This document shows, piece by piece, positions 19,822-32,370 of a stretch of 64,000 bases of DNA; the stretch's first letter is position 1, and each line of letters begins with the position of its first letter. Where the stretch lies: assembly GCA_905234795.1 (NCBI GenBank), contig CAJOIQ010000004.1, positions 1,582-65,581 of the forward strand. The letters are read 5' to 3'. The notes beneath the pieces are model-generated. The model saw nothing but the letters and a program-made list of their open reading frames with translations, made no database searches and was not told the origin of the DNA. The DNA comes from an uncultured Bacteroidales bacterium (GTDB lineage Bacteria > Bacteroidota > Bacteroidia > Bacteroidales > UBA932). The position numbers and the translations under genes were made by a program.

Positions 19822-19978
19822 GCTCCCGTCACAAATGGTGCAGGCTCCCGTCACAAATGGTGCAGGCTTCGAAATAGCATCGAAGCCTGCACCAACAGAA
19901 TGCACATAAGGCCGATATGCGGCGCAGGCACCAGCCCTCTTTTGGAACCTGCGCCAATCAGAGGCAGAGCCTGCGCCA
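19822..19978. repeat. Cluster of CCTGCRCCA motifs: 22-bp tandem repeat, perfect 15-bp hairpin and a second 22-bp-spaced pair
   Basis: gctcccgtcacaaatggtgcag x2 (19822-19865); stem 19858-19872/19880-19894; cctgcgcca at 19948 and 19970. Confidence 0.8.
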
Positions 19979-20079
19979 CCCAAAGTGAACGGGCATGAAA
20001 AGTGCCCCAAGCGTGCCAGATAAGTTGCGGGCGGGAGTGATTATGTCATGAAAAATGATTATCTTTATGGGTTGAATAG

Positions 20080-24024
<3,945 letters not shown>

Positions 24025-24035
<11 letters not shown>

Positions 24036-24441
24036 TACGGTAACGCTCAAAGACATAGCCCGGGAAGCCGGGGTAAGCGTCGCACTGGTCTCCTTTGTGT
24101 TGAACAATCGCCTGGAGGCCGACGGAAAGCCCAAATACCGGGTGGGAGAAGCCACCCGGGAGCGCATCCTGGAAGTGGCCCGGCGCCTGGGTTACCTGCC
24201 CGTGGACAAGAACAAGCCCCTGGCACACACAGAAACGCGACTGGTGGCGGTGCTGCTCAGAGAACCGGACCCGGTGCTGGAGCAGGCCCGGGAAAAGGAA
24301 TTGTACCGGCAGGGATATACCGTACTCTTTGGCTACAGCTGGGGGGACCCCATCCGTTATACCCGCCTGTTGAGGCTGGCCCAGGAGCAGAAAGCCGAAG
24401 TGGTCGATTTAATAAATCCGGACAATCCAGAAAATTATTAG
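24025..24441 (+). CDS. short LacI-family HTH protein with no ATG/GTG/TTG before the HTH (probable ACG start, or pseudogene)
   Basis: The frame reads (ACG)RNNTVTLKDIAREAGVSVALVSFVLNNR...ATRERILEVARRLGY. An in-frame TGA at 24001-24003 closes the frame upstream. Confidence 0.7.
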
Positions 24442-24490
24442 TATATTTGTAAACTCATATATACGCGAGATAATTATAAAGACCGATCAT

Positions 24491-27142
24491 ATGAAGAAAA
24501 TCGTCATGACTTTCCTGTGCATCCTGCTCACCGCAGTGGCGTTTGCACAGTCTGCCTCCATGCTGTCCATGGCCCGCGAAGAACTTGAAAAACGAGGCCT
24601 GGAAGAAGGCGCCGTAAGAGCTCGTCTGCTGGAAAACGGCATTGATGTCGATGCCATTTCCCCTTCCGAGTACGCCTCCTACCAGGGCCGTGTCCTGGCT
24701 ATCCTGGACCAGATGCAGAAAGAAAAAGCCGGCGCCACCACCGGTGCTGCCGCCGATTCCGTCCGCATCGTCTATATGCCTCAGCCCACCACTACTCCCA
24801 GCGAGCAGGAAGCTGAAGCAGAGAACGAGGCCAAGAAGAAACAGGCAGCCGAAATCGATCCCAACGAGATTTACGGACACTCCCTGTTCGCCGGCAACGC
24901 CCTGGATATCTACCGCACCACGGACGGTGCCCAGGCTCCCGACACCTATGTGCTGGGAGAAGGCGATGAAGTTCATATTTCCATCTTCGGTTCCTCCCAG
25001 ACGGAAATCCACCAGCGCATTTCCCCGGACGGCTCCATCCAGCCCAACGGTTCCACCAAGATTTTCCTGAAAGGCCTAACCCTGGCCCAGGCCCGTCAGG
25101 TCATCAAGAGCAAACTGGCCCAGCACTATTCCTTCCGCCAGGACCAGATTGCCGTCACCATCACCACTGCCCGTACCGTCATGGTGAGCATCTACGGGGA
25201 AGTGGGCGTCCAGGGTGGCTTCACCCTCAGCGCCCTCAACACGGCCTTCAACGCCCTGGCTGCCGCCGGCGGTCCCTCCGAGATTGGTTCCGTGCGTAAC
25301 ATCCAGCGCTCCCGCGGCGGCAAGACCGCCCGTCTGGACCTGTACAAGTTCATGACCGGCGCTGCCAGCGGAGACCTGTTCGACCTCCAGAACAACGACG
25401 TCCTCTTCGTTCCCGTGGCCGACAAGGTCGTGACCATCGAAGGTGCCGTGAACCGTCCCATGCGTTATGAGATGGTGGAAGGTGAAGGTGTCGCAGACCT
25501 CATCAAGTATGCCGGCGGCCTCACCTACAACGCCTATTCCAACTATGTCAATATCGAGCGTTACAACAACGGCGAGAAAGAACTGCTGGACTTCGACCTG
25601 AACAAGATCCTCTCTGGTGCCCAGAAGGTTGCCCTGCAGGGCGGCGATATCGTCCGCATCAAGACGAGCGACCGCGAACTGGAGAACCACGTCCACATTG
25701 CCGGTGACGTTTACTATCCCGGCAGCTTCAACCTGGAGAAGAACCGCAGCCTCATTGCCCTGCTGGACAATGCCAAGCCGCGCCACACCGCCCGCACCGA
25801 CTACCTGCTGGTGCAGCGTACCGCCAAGGACGAAACCATGGAAGTTTACACCGTTCCGTTCCCCGGCCAGAAGGGCAACCCGGACTTCATCCTCCAGGCC
25901 CGCGACTCCGTGACCGTCCTTTCCCTGGACAGCTTCCGCGACATTGACACCCTGGTGGTGAGCGGTCAGGTGCGCAAGCCCTTCACCCGCCCGTTCCGCG
26001 CCAACGACCGTATTAGCGTAAGTCAGGCCATCGAACTGGCCGGCGGCCCGTATATGAACGTCTATCCCGTGGCCTACATCTTCCGCAAGGACCTCACCAA
26101 CGACGCCAAGATGGAGTACATCCCCGTCAACCTGGAAGACGCCGACAACGTGATGCTGCAGGCCGGCGACCAGCTGCGAGTGTATGACAACAGCTCCTAC
26201 ACCAATATGGGTGAGGTGCACATCAGCGGCGCCGTGAAGAATCCTTTCGGTACCACCTTCGATTCTTCCCTCAGCGTCCACGACCTCATCACCATGGCCG
26301 GCGGTTTTGAAGTGGGTGCAGCTCTCGACCGCGTGGAAGTGTTCCGCCTTAACCTGGACAATCCCAAGGAAGCCACCTTTGACCTCATCAACCTTCAGGT
26401 AGACGAGAACTACAACCCCACCCAGCCCTTCAGCCTGATGCCATATGACCACGTGGTCGTGCGTCAGATGCCCAACTTCGCCATGGGCCGCAGCGTTGAA
26501 ATCAACGGCCGTGTACGTTATCCCGGCACCTATGTGCTGGAAGACAGCCGCACCCAGTTGTCCGAAGTGATCAAGATGGCCGGCGGCATCATGGACGATG
26601 CCTCCCCTTACGCCACCCTCTTCCGTACCTATAACGGCCGCGGTTCTATCGGCGTCAACCTGACCGAGGCCAACAAGAGCACCCGCAAGACGAAGGACGA
26701 CCCTATCCTGATGGAAGGCGACGTCATCAACATCGTCCGTATGGAGAACACGGTTACCATCCGTGAAACCGGTACCCGTATGGCCCAGTACGTTCCCGAG
26801 GATTTCGCCTCTACCCAGAAGACCATCACCTACCGTGGCGGCAAGAATGCTGCCTGGTACATCCGGAATTACGCCGGCGGCTTCCAGAAATTTGCCGACA
26901 AAAATTCGGTCACCGTTACCCTGCCCAACAACCAGAGCAACAGCACCAAGCACTTCCTGTTCTTCCGCATCTATCCCAAGGTAGAGCCCGGTTCCACCAT
27001 CACCCTGGCCATGGATACCAAGCGTCAGGAGAAGGCCGCCGAGCCGAAGGAACCCGTCAAGTGGGAGCAGATTGCCGCCAGTTCCCTGAGCGCCCTCACC
27101 TCCGTGGTTTCCATGATCCTGCTCATCGAAAGACTTAACTAA
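24491..27142 (+). CDS. polysaccharide export protein with multiple SLBB domains (Wza/KpsD-like)
   Basis: YVLGEGDEVHISIFG poly_export motif followed by repeated SLBB units (V.I.G.V..PG.Y...LIxxAGG). Confidence 0.88.
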   Translation: MKKIVMTFLCILLTAVAFAQSASMLSMAREELEKRGLEEGAVRARLLENGIDVDAISPSEYASYQGRVLAILDQMQKEKAGATTGAAADSVRIVYMPQPTTTPSEQEAEAENEAKKKQAAEIDPNEIYGHSLFAGNALDIYRTTDGAQAPDTYVLGEGDEVHISIFGSSQTEIHQRISPDGSIQPNGSTKIFLKGLTLAQARQVIKSKLAQHYSFRQDQIAVTITTARTVMVSIYGEVGVQGGFTLSALNTAFNALAAAGGPSEIGSVRNIQRSRGGKTARLDLYKFMTGAASGDLFDLQNNDVLFVPVADKVVTIEGAVNRPMRYEMVEGEGVADLIKYAGGLTYNAYSNYVNIERYNNGEKELLDFDLNKILSGAQKVALQGGDIVRIKTSDRELENHVHIAGDVYYPGSFNLEKNRSLIALLDNAKPRHTARTDYLLVQRTAKDETMEVYTVPFPGQKGNPDFILQARDSVTVLSLDSFRDIDTLVVSGQVRKPFTRPFRANDRISVSQAIELAGGPYMNVYPVAYIFRKDLTNDAKMEYIPVNLEDADNVMLQAGDQLRVYDNSSYTNMGEVHISGAVKNPFGTTFDSSLSVHDLITMAGGFEVGAALDRVEVFRLNLDNPKEATFDLINLQVDENYNPTQPFSLMPYDHVVVRQMPNFAMGRSVEINGRVRYPGTYVLEDSRTQLSEVIKMAGGIMDDASPYATLFRTYNGRGSIGVNLTEANKSTRKTKDDPILMEGDVINIVRMENTVTIRETGTRMAQYVPEDFASTQKTITYRGGKNAAWYIRNYAGGFQKFADKNSVTVTLPNNQSNSTKHFLFFRIYPKVEPGSTITLAMDTKRQEKAAEPKEPVKWEQIAASSLSALTSVVSMILLIERLN

Positions 27143-27144
27143 TT

Positions 27145-28281
27145 ATGGAAGAGAACAAGACCTACGTCCAGCCTCCCGTGCAGGAAGAAGAGGAGGGCAT
27201 CGACATCATCGGCCTCATAAAACAACTGTGGGATGGCCGAAAAACCATCATCATCGTCACCGCCGTCTTCATTGCGCTGGGTTTGGTGGCCGCCCTTACC
27301 ATGAAGCGCACGTATACGGTTTCCAGCACCATGGTTCCGCAGATGGGATCGTCCCGCAGTTCCTCACTGGGAAGCCTGGCCGCCCTCGCCGGTCTTAACC
27401 TGGACATGGCCAATACCGGATCCGACCTCTCCCCGCTGGTTTATCCCCAGATTGTGAGCAGCGTCCCCTTCCGCAAGGAGCTCATGTATACGCCGCTGCA
27501 CTATGAAAAGGCCGACACCGCCGTTTGCATGTTCACCTACGCCAAAGAGTACACCAAACCCACAATAATGGGAACAGTGCTCAAGTATACCATCGGCCTG
27601 CCGTTTGTCATCATGGACGCCCTGCGCAAGGAGAAACCGGATCCGGTCATTGAAGGAGGGGAAGGCGAAAACACTACGCCCAGGCCGCTGCTGCTCACCA
27701 AGGACGAGGAAAAAATCATGAAGGCCATCGCCCAGAACGTAAACCTGGCGGTGGACAAGAAGGAAGGTTACCTTACCCTTACGGTAGTGGGGTCCGAACC
27801 CCTGCAAACCGCCGAACTGGCCCTTAAGGCACAACAGCTGCTGCAGGAGGAAATCACCCGTTTCCGCACAGAGAAAGCGCAGGACAACCTGCAATACATC
27901 CAGGCCCGCTACAATGAAATCAAAGCCGAGGCCGAATCCTACCAGACCGCCCTGGCCACCATCCGGGACCGTTCCCAGAACATGACCACCACCCGTTCCC
28001 AGATTGAACGGGAGCGTCTCCAAAACAAGTACAACGTTGCCAACGCCATTTACTCGGAAATGGCCAAACAACTGGAACAGGCCAAGATGCAGGTAAAGCG
28101 GGATACGCCCATGCTCACCATCATCCAGCCTGTAACCGTTCCCCGCAAGTCGTCCAACAGCCGGGCCAAGACGCTCATCGTCTGGACCTTCTTAGGAGGT
28201 ATTCTGGGCTGCGGCATTGTCCTGGGCAAGAGTTACCTGCCCAAGGTGAAGGAGATGTTTGCTAAAACCGATACAGATTAA
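27145..28281 (+). CDS. polysaccharide chain-length determinant (Wzz/Wzc-N family)
   Basis: EEEGIDIIGLIKQLW start, two TMs flanking a coiled-coil periplasmic region, Pro-rich QPVTVP motif. Confidence 0.88.
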   Translation: MEENKTYVQPPVQEEEEGIDIIGLIKQLWDGRKTIIIVTAVFIALGLVAALTMKRTYTVSSTMVPQMGSSRSSSLGSLAALAGLNLDMANTGSDLSPLVYPQIVSSVPFRKELMYTPLHYEKADTAVCMFTYAKEYTKPTIMGTVLKYTIGLPFVIMDALRKEKPDPVIEGGEGENTTPRPLLLTKDEEKIMKAIAQNVNLAVDKKEGYLTLTVVGSEPLQTAELALKAQQLLQEEITRFRTEKAQDNLQYIQARYNEIKAEAESYQTALATIRDRSQNMTTTRSQIERERLQNKYNVANAIYSEMAKQLEQAKMQVKRDTPMLTIIQPVTVPRKSSNSRAKTLIVWTFLGGILGCGIVLGKSYLPKVKEMFAKTDTD

Positions 28282-28687
28282 GACCGGTTTCTTCGTCGGC
28301 CCTGCGGCCGGGGTGTAAGGACGGACAAGCGTCCACCGTGAGTTCGCAGGCGCCATTGATTTTTGCATCCAGGAGATGACCGCCCACGCAGGTGTAGTCC
28401 CTCCTGGATGCTGTTATATGTACATGCAGGTAGGGGTTCCCGTCTTTTTGGGAGATGTTGCCGGTGAGATTGGTGATTTCCATCTGTTCGGCAAACGTCT
28501 TGTCCACATACTTCCTGGTGGCAGGGTCCAGAAAACGGAAGGTGGCCTCATTGATGGCGCCCAGGCCACCGATTACTCCGGAAAGGATGTGCTGCTCTGT
28601 GCAGAAACGGGTGAGGGCCTCCATCAGGCTCACATGGTTGTCCAGGCTCAGGATATAATGATCACCGGACTGAATGAACTGATACAT
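28262..28687 (-). CDS. PPC/DUF296 domain putative DNA-binding protein
   Basis: GLGAI, EITNLTGNI, HVHIT and GGHL motifs. Start set at ATG 28687. Confidence 0.85.
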   Translation of the reverse strand: MYQFIQSGDHYILSLDNHVSLMEALTRFCTEQHILSGVIGGLGAINEATFRFLDPATRKYVDKTFAEQMEITNLTGNISQKDGNPYLHVHITASRRDYTCVGGHLLDAKINGACELTVDACPSLHPGRRADEETGLNLYRF

Positions 28688-28688
28688 A

Positions 28689-29555
28689 TTACTCAAAAAG
28701 GCGGAATGTTTTCTCCAAGAACGTGAATTGGTCGTCGGCAATGATGCAATCCTCGGTTTTCCCGTCCACTGTCATGGTTACATGGGCGCCGCTTGGGGTA
28801 TAGGTTCCCTGGGATATCTGGCAAATTGTGCGGCTGGACAACAAGACTCGCGTGAAGCAGCTGTTGGTATCAAACAGGATGAGCCCCGGATAACCGCCGG
28901 TCTCGTAGGTCCAGATACTGCCGTTCAAAGCCGAACTGCCCGAATCTTCGTTTACCGGGAAATGCATGAACCAGGTATCCTCAACCAGCATCACCTCCGG
29001 AAACAGGATTCCGCTTTCCGTCCCCATGGAAACGTTGCTGCCGGTGTGAGAATAGGCAGTCTCCTCTACAAACCAGCCATAAGGAACGCCCTCCTGATGG
29101 GTCACATTATCAAAGCGCGCCTGCATTACCTTGCCATCGGCCTTGAAATAAAGCAGCCTGAACACATCCTGCTTAATGCTTACCCACACCGTATTGATAA
29201 GGTTGTCGTAATCCTTAGACCCGAAAGAGGAAAAATTCTTGTTGCTGCTGTTCTTCAGGTGCGAGAAAGTACGGGTAAAACGATGGGAACTGCCCTCGTC
29301 CGTCAGGACATCCACAGCATGGCCCTTAACCGAGAAAGTTCCGTTGAGAAACTGAACGGCGCCATTGCTGCTGCTACGCTGCAAAATGGTGGCTCTTCCA
29401 TTGGTGTCGAAATGTACAAACGCACGTTGATCGGCCTGTTCCAAAGACCAGTTGGTGTTGGGGATAGAAATATACAGGGGATCCAACAGCTTTCTACAGG
29501 AAAAGAGCACCAACAGCGATGCAAGAACAAGAATGGTACGAAAAATGCTTCTCAT
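28689..29555 (-). CDS. hypothetical lipoprotein with three internal repeats
   Basis: Lipobox LFSC; repeated xNTxW...F(D/K)xxG units. Confidence 0.7.
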   Translation of the reverse strand: MRSIFRTILVLASLLVLFSCRKLLDPLYISIPNTNWSLEQADQRAFVHFDTNGRATILQRSSSNGAVQFLNGTFSVKGHAVDVLTDEGSSHRFTRTFSHLKNSSNKNFSSFGSKDYDNLINTVWVSIKQDVFRLLYFKADGKVMQARFDNVTHQEGVPYGWFVEETAYSHTGSNVSMGTESGILFPEVMLVEDTWFMHFPVNEDSGSSALNGSIWTYETGGYPGLILFDTNSCFTRVLLSSRTICQISQGTYTPSGAHVTMTVDGKTEDCIIADDQFTFLEKTFRLFE

Positions 29556-29627
29556 GTGCGAAAAGATTATTTATCAACAAAAGTAAGTATTTTTTCGTAT
29601 TTTTGCACTCTGGAAAACGAAAATCAG

Positions 29628-30614
29628 ATGAAGAAAACCCTATTGGCCATCGTGGCTGCAGGCTTGGCCCTTTCCCTTCAGGCCCAGACCATCCGCACCA
29701 ACTACCGCGAGGAAGGCATCACCCATATTTCCACCGAATACGAAGAAGTTCAGCTGGACGGCGTCCCCACCCAGGTGAGAGTGGAGCTGGCCGGCTTTGC
29801 CGACGGTTCCACCCTGTATCTGCTGTATATGAACATGCTCCAGAAAACCAGCGTGGTGGTCCCCAAGGGCGTTAAAATGGCCGTCACCCTCAGTAACGGC
29901 AAACTCCTGCGACTGGAACAGATAGGGGCCGATTCCGCCACCAAACGCCGGCTGGACAACGGCCTTTTCCTGAACCGCTTCAAGTATGCCGTGGAATCGG
30001 CCGATATGGAAAAGATGGTGGGCGGCATCAAGAGCCTGGATATCATCACCGGCTGGAACCCCGACGACTATATGCAGGCCACCTTCGGCAACAATGAGCT
30101 GGGAGACCTTCTCAAGCGTCACTGTCAGGCCATCCTCAAGGCGGCCGATGTCACCATTGACCTCACCTCCAGCCTGTCCGGTTATACAGAGAACCTCAAC
30201 AGCGTCCTCACCACCAGCAATCCCATGGTGGCGCGCGGAGCCAGCTTCGACTACAACATCCTCATGTCCCACCTGTATTACAAGAACAACAATCAGGAGG
30301 ACCTGGACCTGGCTTTTGTCATCGGCACGGAGAATCAGTACCATGTTCCCTATGACGCCGCTGTCAAATTTACCTTGAACGACGACTCCGTCATCGGCCT
30401 GCTGCAAACCCGCGACGACGTGAACTTCGTGTACGTATACCCTACGCTGGAAGACCTCTCCCGCATGGTTTCCGTGGGCATCAAGAGTCTCTCCATCGAC
30501 TACGAAGACGGCATTCTCACCGACGACTTCCCGGCCCGCGAGGACGGCGCCCTCACCTTCTCCCAGGCCGTGAACCAGGAGCTCCAGCTGCTGCTGTCTT
30601 TGAGTAAGAGATAA
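29628..30614 (+). CDS. hypothetical secreted protein with an internal domain duplication
   Basis: Signal peptide MKKTLLAIVAAGLALSLQA, host-like codon usage, GIKSLDI/GIKSLSI repeat. Confidence 0.75.
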   Translation: MKKTLLAIVAAGLALSLQAQTIRTNYREEGITHISTEYEEVQLDGVPTQVRVELAGFADGSTLYLLYMNMLQKTSVVVPKGVKMAVTLSNGKLLRLEQIGADSATKRRLDNGLFLNRFKYAVESADMEKMVGGIKSLDIITGWNPDDYMQATFGNNELGDLLKRHCQAILKAADVTIDLTSSLSGYTENLNSVLTTSNPMVARGASFDYNILMSHLYYKNNNQEDLDLAFVIGTENQYHVPYDAAVKFTLNDDSVIGLLQTRDDVNFVYVYPTLEDLSRMVSVGIKSLSIDYEDGILTDDFPAREDGALTFSQAVNQELQLLLSLSKR

Positions 30615-30642
30615 GGAATTGTGCTATTTGCGGATTTTTCAC

Positions 30643-30650
30643 TATCTTTG
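30643..30650 (+). promoter_or_regulatory. -7 promoter element (TATCTTTG) of the tRNA
   Basis: TAnnTTTG ending 16 nt before the tRNA 5' end. Confidence 0.6.
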
Positions 30651-30666
30651 CACTCCCATTGAGGAT

Positions 30667-30740
30667 GGTTCCGTAGCTCAGCTGGATAGAGCAACAGCCT
30701 TCTAAGCTGTGGGTCTCGGGTTCGAATCCCGACGGAATCA
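30667..30740 (+). tRNA. tRNA-Arg (anticodon TCT); CCA not encoded
   Basis: Cloverleaf GGTTCCG/CGGAATC acceptor, GCTC/GAGC D-arm, ACAGC-CTTCTAA-GCTGT anticodon arm, TCGGG-TTCGAAT-CCCGA T-arm. Confidence 0.97.
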
Positions 30741-30743
30741 CGA

Positions 30744-30770
30744 AAAATGGAGACGTAAGGTCTCCATTTT
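30744..30770 (+). terminator. Hairpin terminator after the tRNA
   Basis: aaaatggagac-gtaag-gtctccatttt, 11-bp stem. Confidence 0.65.
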
Positions 30771-30806
30771 CGTTGATGGCCCGTGGCAGGGTCGGGGATT
30801 TGTCAA

Positions 30807-30827
30807 AATCCCGACGGAATCACGAAA
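30807..30827 (+). repeat. 21-bp direct repeat of the tRNA 3' end (att-like)
   Basis: aatcccgacggaatcacgaaa is identical at 30725-30745 and 30807-30827. Confidence 0.85.
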
Positions 30828-30849
30828 GAGACCACACGGTCTCTTTTTT
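30825..30849. terminator. Bidirectional terminator-like hairpin
   Basis: aaagagacc-acac-ggtctcttt followed by a T-run; the convergent ORF ends at 30848. Confidence 0.6.
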
Positions 30850-31156
30850 ATATCCACTCCACGTCAGAGAGATCCAGTTCCTGCTCGGGGCCGCCCCAGA
30901 GGGGGGAATAGATGAATGTATAGCCCCGGAGCTCGGAGGGAATGCGATCCAGGAAGCGGAAGTCGGGTTCTCCGTAGTCTCCGCTGCTGCCGTAGAGGGT
31001 CATCACCTTGCGCCGGTCATCTTTATCGTACCAACCGCCGCCGTGGGTTTTCACATATCCCCGGACCAGTTCCTTATGCTGGCCCACCATCCCATAGACA
31101 AAAGTGCCGATGAGCGGGGTGCGGGGGTCCGATATGAGCAGAAATTTGGGATTCAT
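30848..31156 (-). CDS. hypothetical protein (102 aa)
   Basis: Fills the gap, plausible composition, upstream -7-like element; no recognisable family. Confidence 0.6.
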   Translation of the reverse strand: MNPKFLLISDPRTPLIGTFVYGMVGQHKELVRGYVKTHGGGWYDKDDRRKVMTLYGSSGDYGEPDFRFLDRIPSELRGYTFIYSPLWGGPEQELDLSDVEWI

Positions 31157-31206
31157 GTGGCTCTTCGGCCAAAATTACGTAAATTTGAAGCAAAATACAA
31201 ACAGCT

Positions 31207-32370
31207 TTGAAAGTAGGTCTTTTCATCGATACGTGGTACCCCATGGTGGACGGGGTCATCAAGGTGGTGGACAATTATGCCCGCCGGCTGGTAAACTACT
31301 GTGAAGTAATTGTTTTCTGCCCGGCCACCCGCGGCAGCCACAAGGCCGAGGACGCTGCCCTGCCCTACAAGGTGGTGCGCTGCCGTTCCCTGCCGCTCAT
31401 CCACTACGACTACGACATCCCCACCCCGGCCCTGGACCCGCGTTTCGAAGCCAAGCTCATCAAAAGCGGGATAGACCTGGTCCATATCCATTCCCCCTTT
31501 GCGGTGGGACTGGCCGGCGTGCTCTTTGCCAAAATCCATAAACTGCCGGTGGTGGCCACGCTGCATTCCCAGTACAAGCAGGATTTCCAGAAACCCCTCA
31601 AATTCAAACCGGCCCTGGAGATAGCCATGGACAGTATCATGCGCGTCTTCAACGCCTGTGACGAGTGCTGGGCCGTGAATGGTGGAATCAAAGACCTGTA
31701 TGTGAATGAGTATGGTCTTACTGCCCCCTGCAAGGTGAGGCTCAACGCCACCGACCATCGGCCTGTGGCCAACCCGGAAGAAGCCGCCCAAAAGGTGAAC
31801 GAGGCCTACGGCATCCCCGCCGATGCAACGGTATTCCTCTTTGTGGGCCGCATCAATTTCATCAAGAACATCGACTTCACGGTCCGGGCCCTGGCCAAGG
31901 CCAAGTCCATGGGACTCAAGAACTTCCGCATGCTATTTGTGGGGCAGGGGCAGGACGAGGATAAACTGGCCGCCCTGGTGCGGGAGCAAGGTTTGGAGCA
32001 GGAAGTGGTGATGTGCGGCCTGGTCTCCGGCAGGGAAATGCTGGAGAATCTGTACTCCCGGGCCAAGCTCTTCCTTTTCCCCTCCCTCTACGACGCCAAC
32101 TCGCTGGTTCAGATAGAGGCCGCCTGCCAGGGCACGCCCACCGTCTTTCTGGAGGGCGCCAGGACATCGGCCACTGTCACCGCAGGCGTCAACGGCTATA
32201 TATCGGCCCCCGGAGAGGACAATTATGCCCGCATGATCCTGGATATCATGGCCGATGAACCCGGCTACCGACGCGTTTCGGCAGCGGCCAGGAAGGACCT
32301 GTACCTCAACTGGGACGACGTAGTGCGGGACGTCTTTACCGACTACGTCTCACGACTTTCCAGCCGATGA
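31207..32370 (+). CDS. glycosyltransferase family 4 (GT-B; glycolipid synthase-like)
   Basis: DTWYPMVDGV, HIHSPF, FVGRI and FPSLYDANSLVQIEA motifs; TTG start. Confidence 0.88.
   Translation: MKVGLFIDTWYPMVDGVIKVVDNYARRLVNYCEVIVFCPATRGSHKAEDAALPYKVVRCRSLPLIHYDYDIPTPALDPRFEAKLIKSGIDLVHIHSPFAVGLAGVLFAKIHKLPVVATLHSQYKQDFQKPLKFKPALEIAMDSIMRVFNACDECWAVNGGIKDLYVNEYGLTAPCKVRLNATDHRPVANPEEAAQKVNEAYGIPADATVFLFVGRINFIKNIDFTVRALAKAKSMGLKNFRMLFVGQGQDEDKLAALVREQGLEQEVVMCGLVSGREMLENLYSRAKLFLFPSLYDANSLVQIEAACQGTPTVFLEGARTSATVTAGVNGYISAPGEDNYARMILDIMADEPGYRRVSAAARKDLYLNWDDVVRDVFTDYVSRLSSR

Noticed and set aside
28728-29627. N-terminal 300 aa of the 628-aa track ORF
   Set aside because: Antisense to the lipoprotein gene; the real gene starts at ATG 29628 with a signal peptide and its own -7-like element.
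30667-32370. Prophage or genomic island at tRNA-Arg
   Set aside because: No integrase or phage genes; the att-like repeats enclose only 61 nt.
32336-32370. Convergent 3' overlaps (GT4/nhaC 35 nt; wzz/PPC 20 nt at 28262-28281)
   Set aside because: Short tail-to-tail overlaps are common in compact high-GC genomes, and nothing further suggests antisense control.
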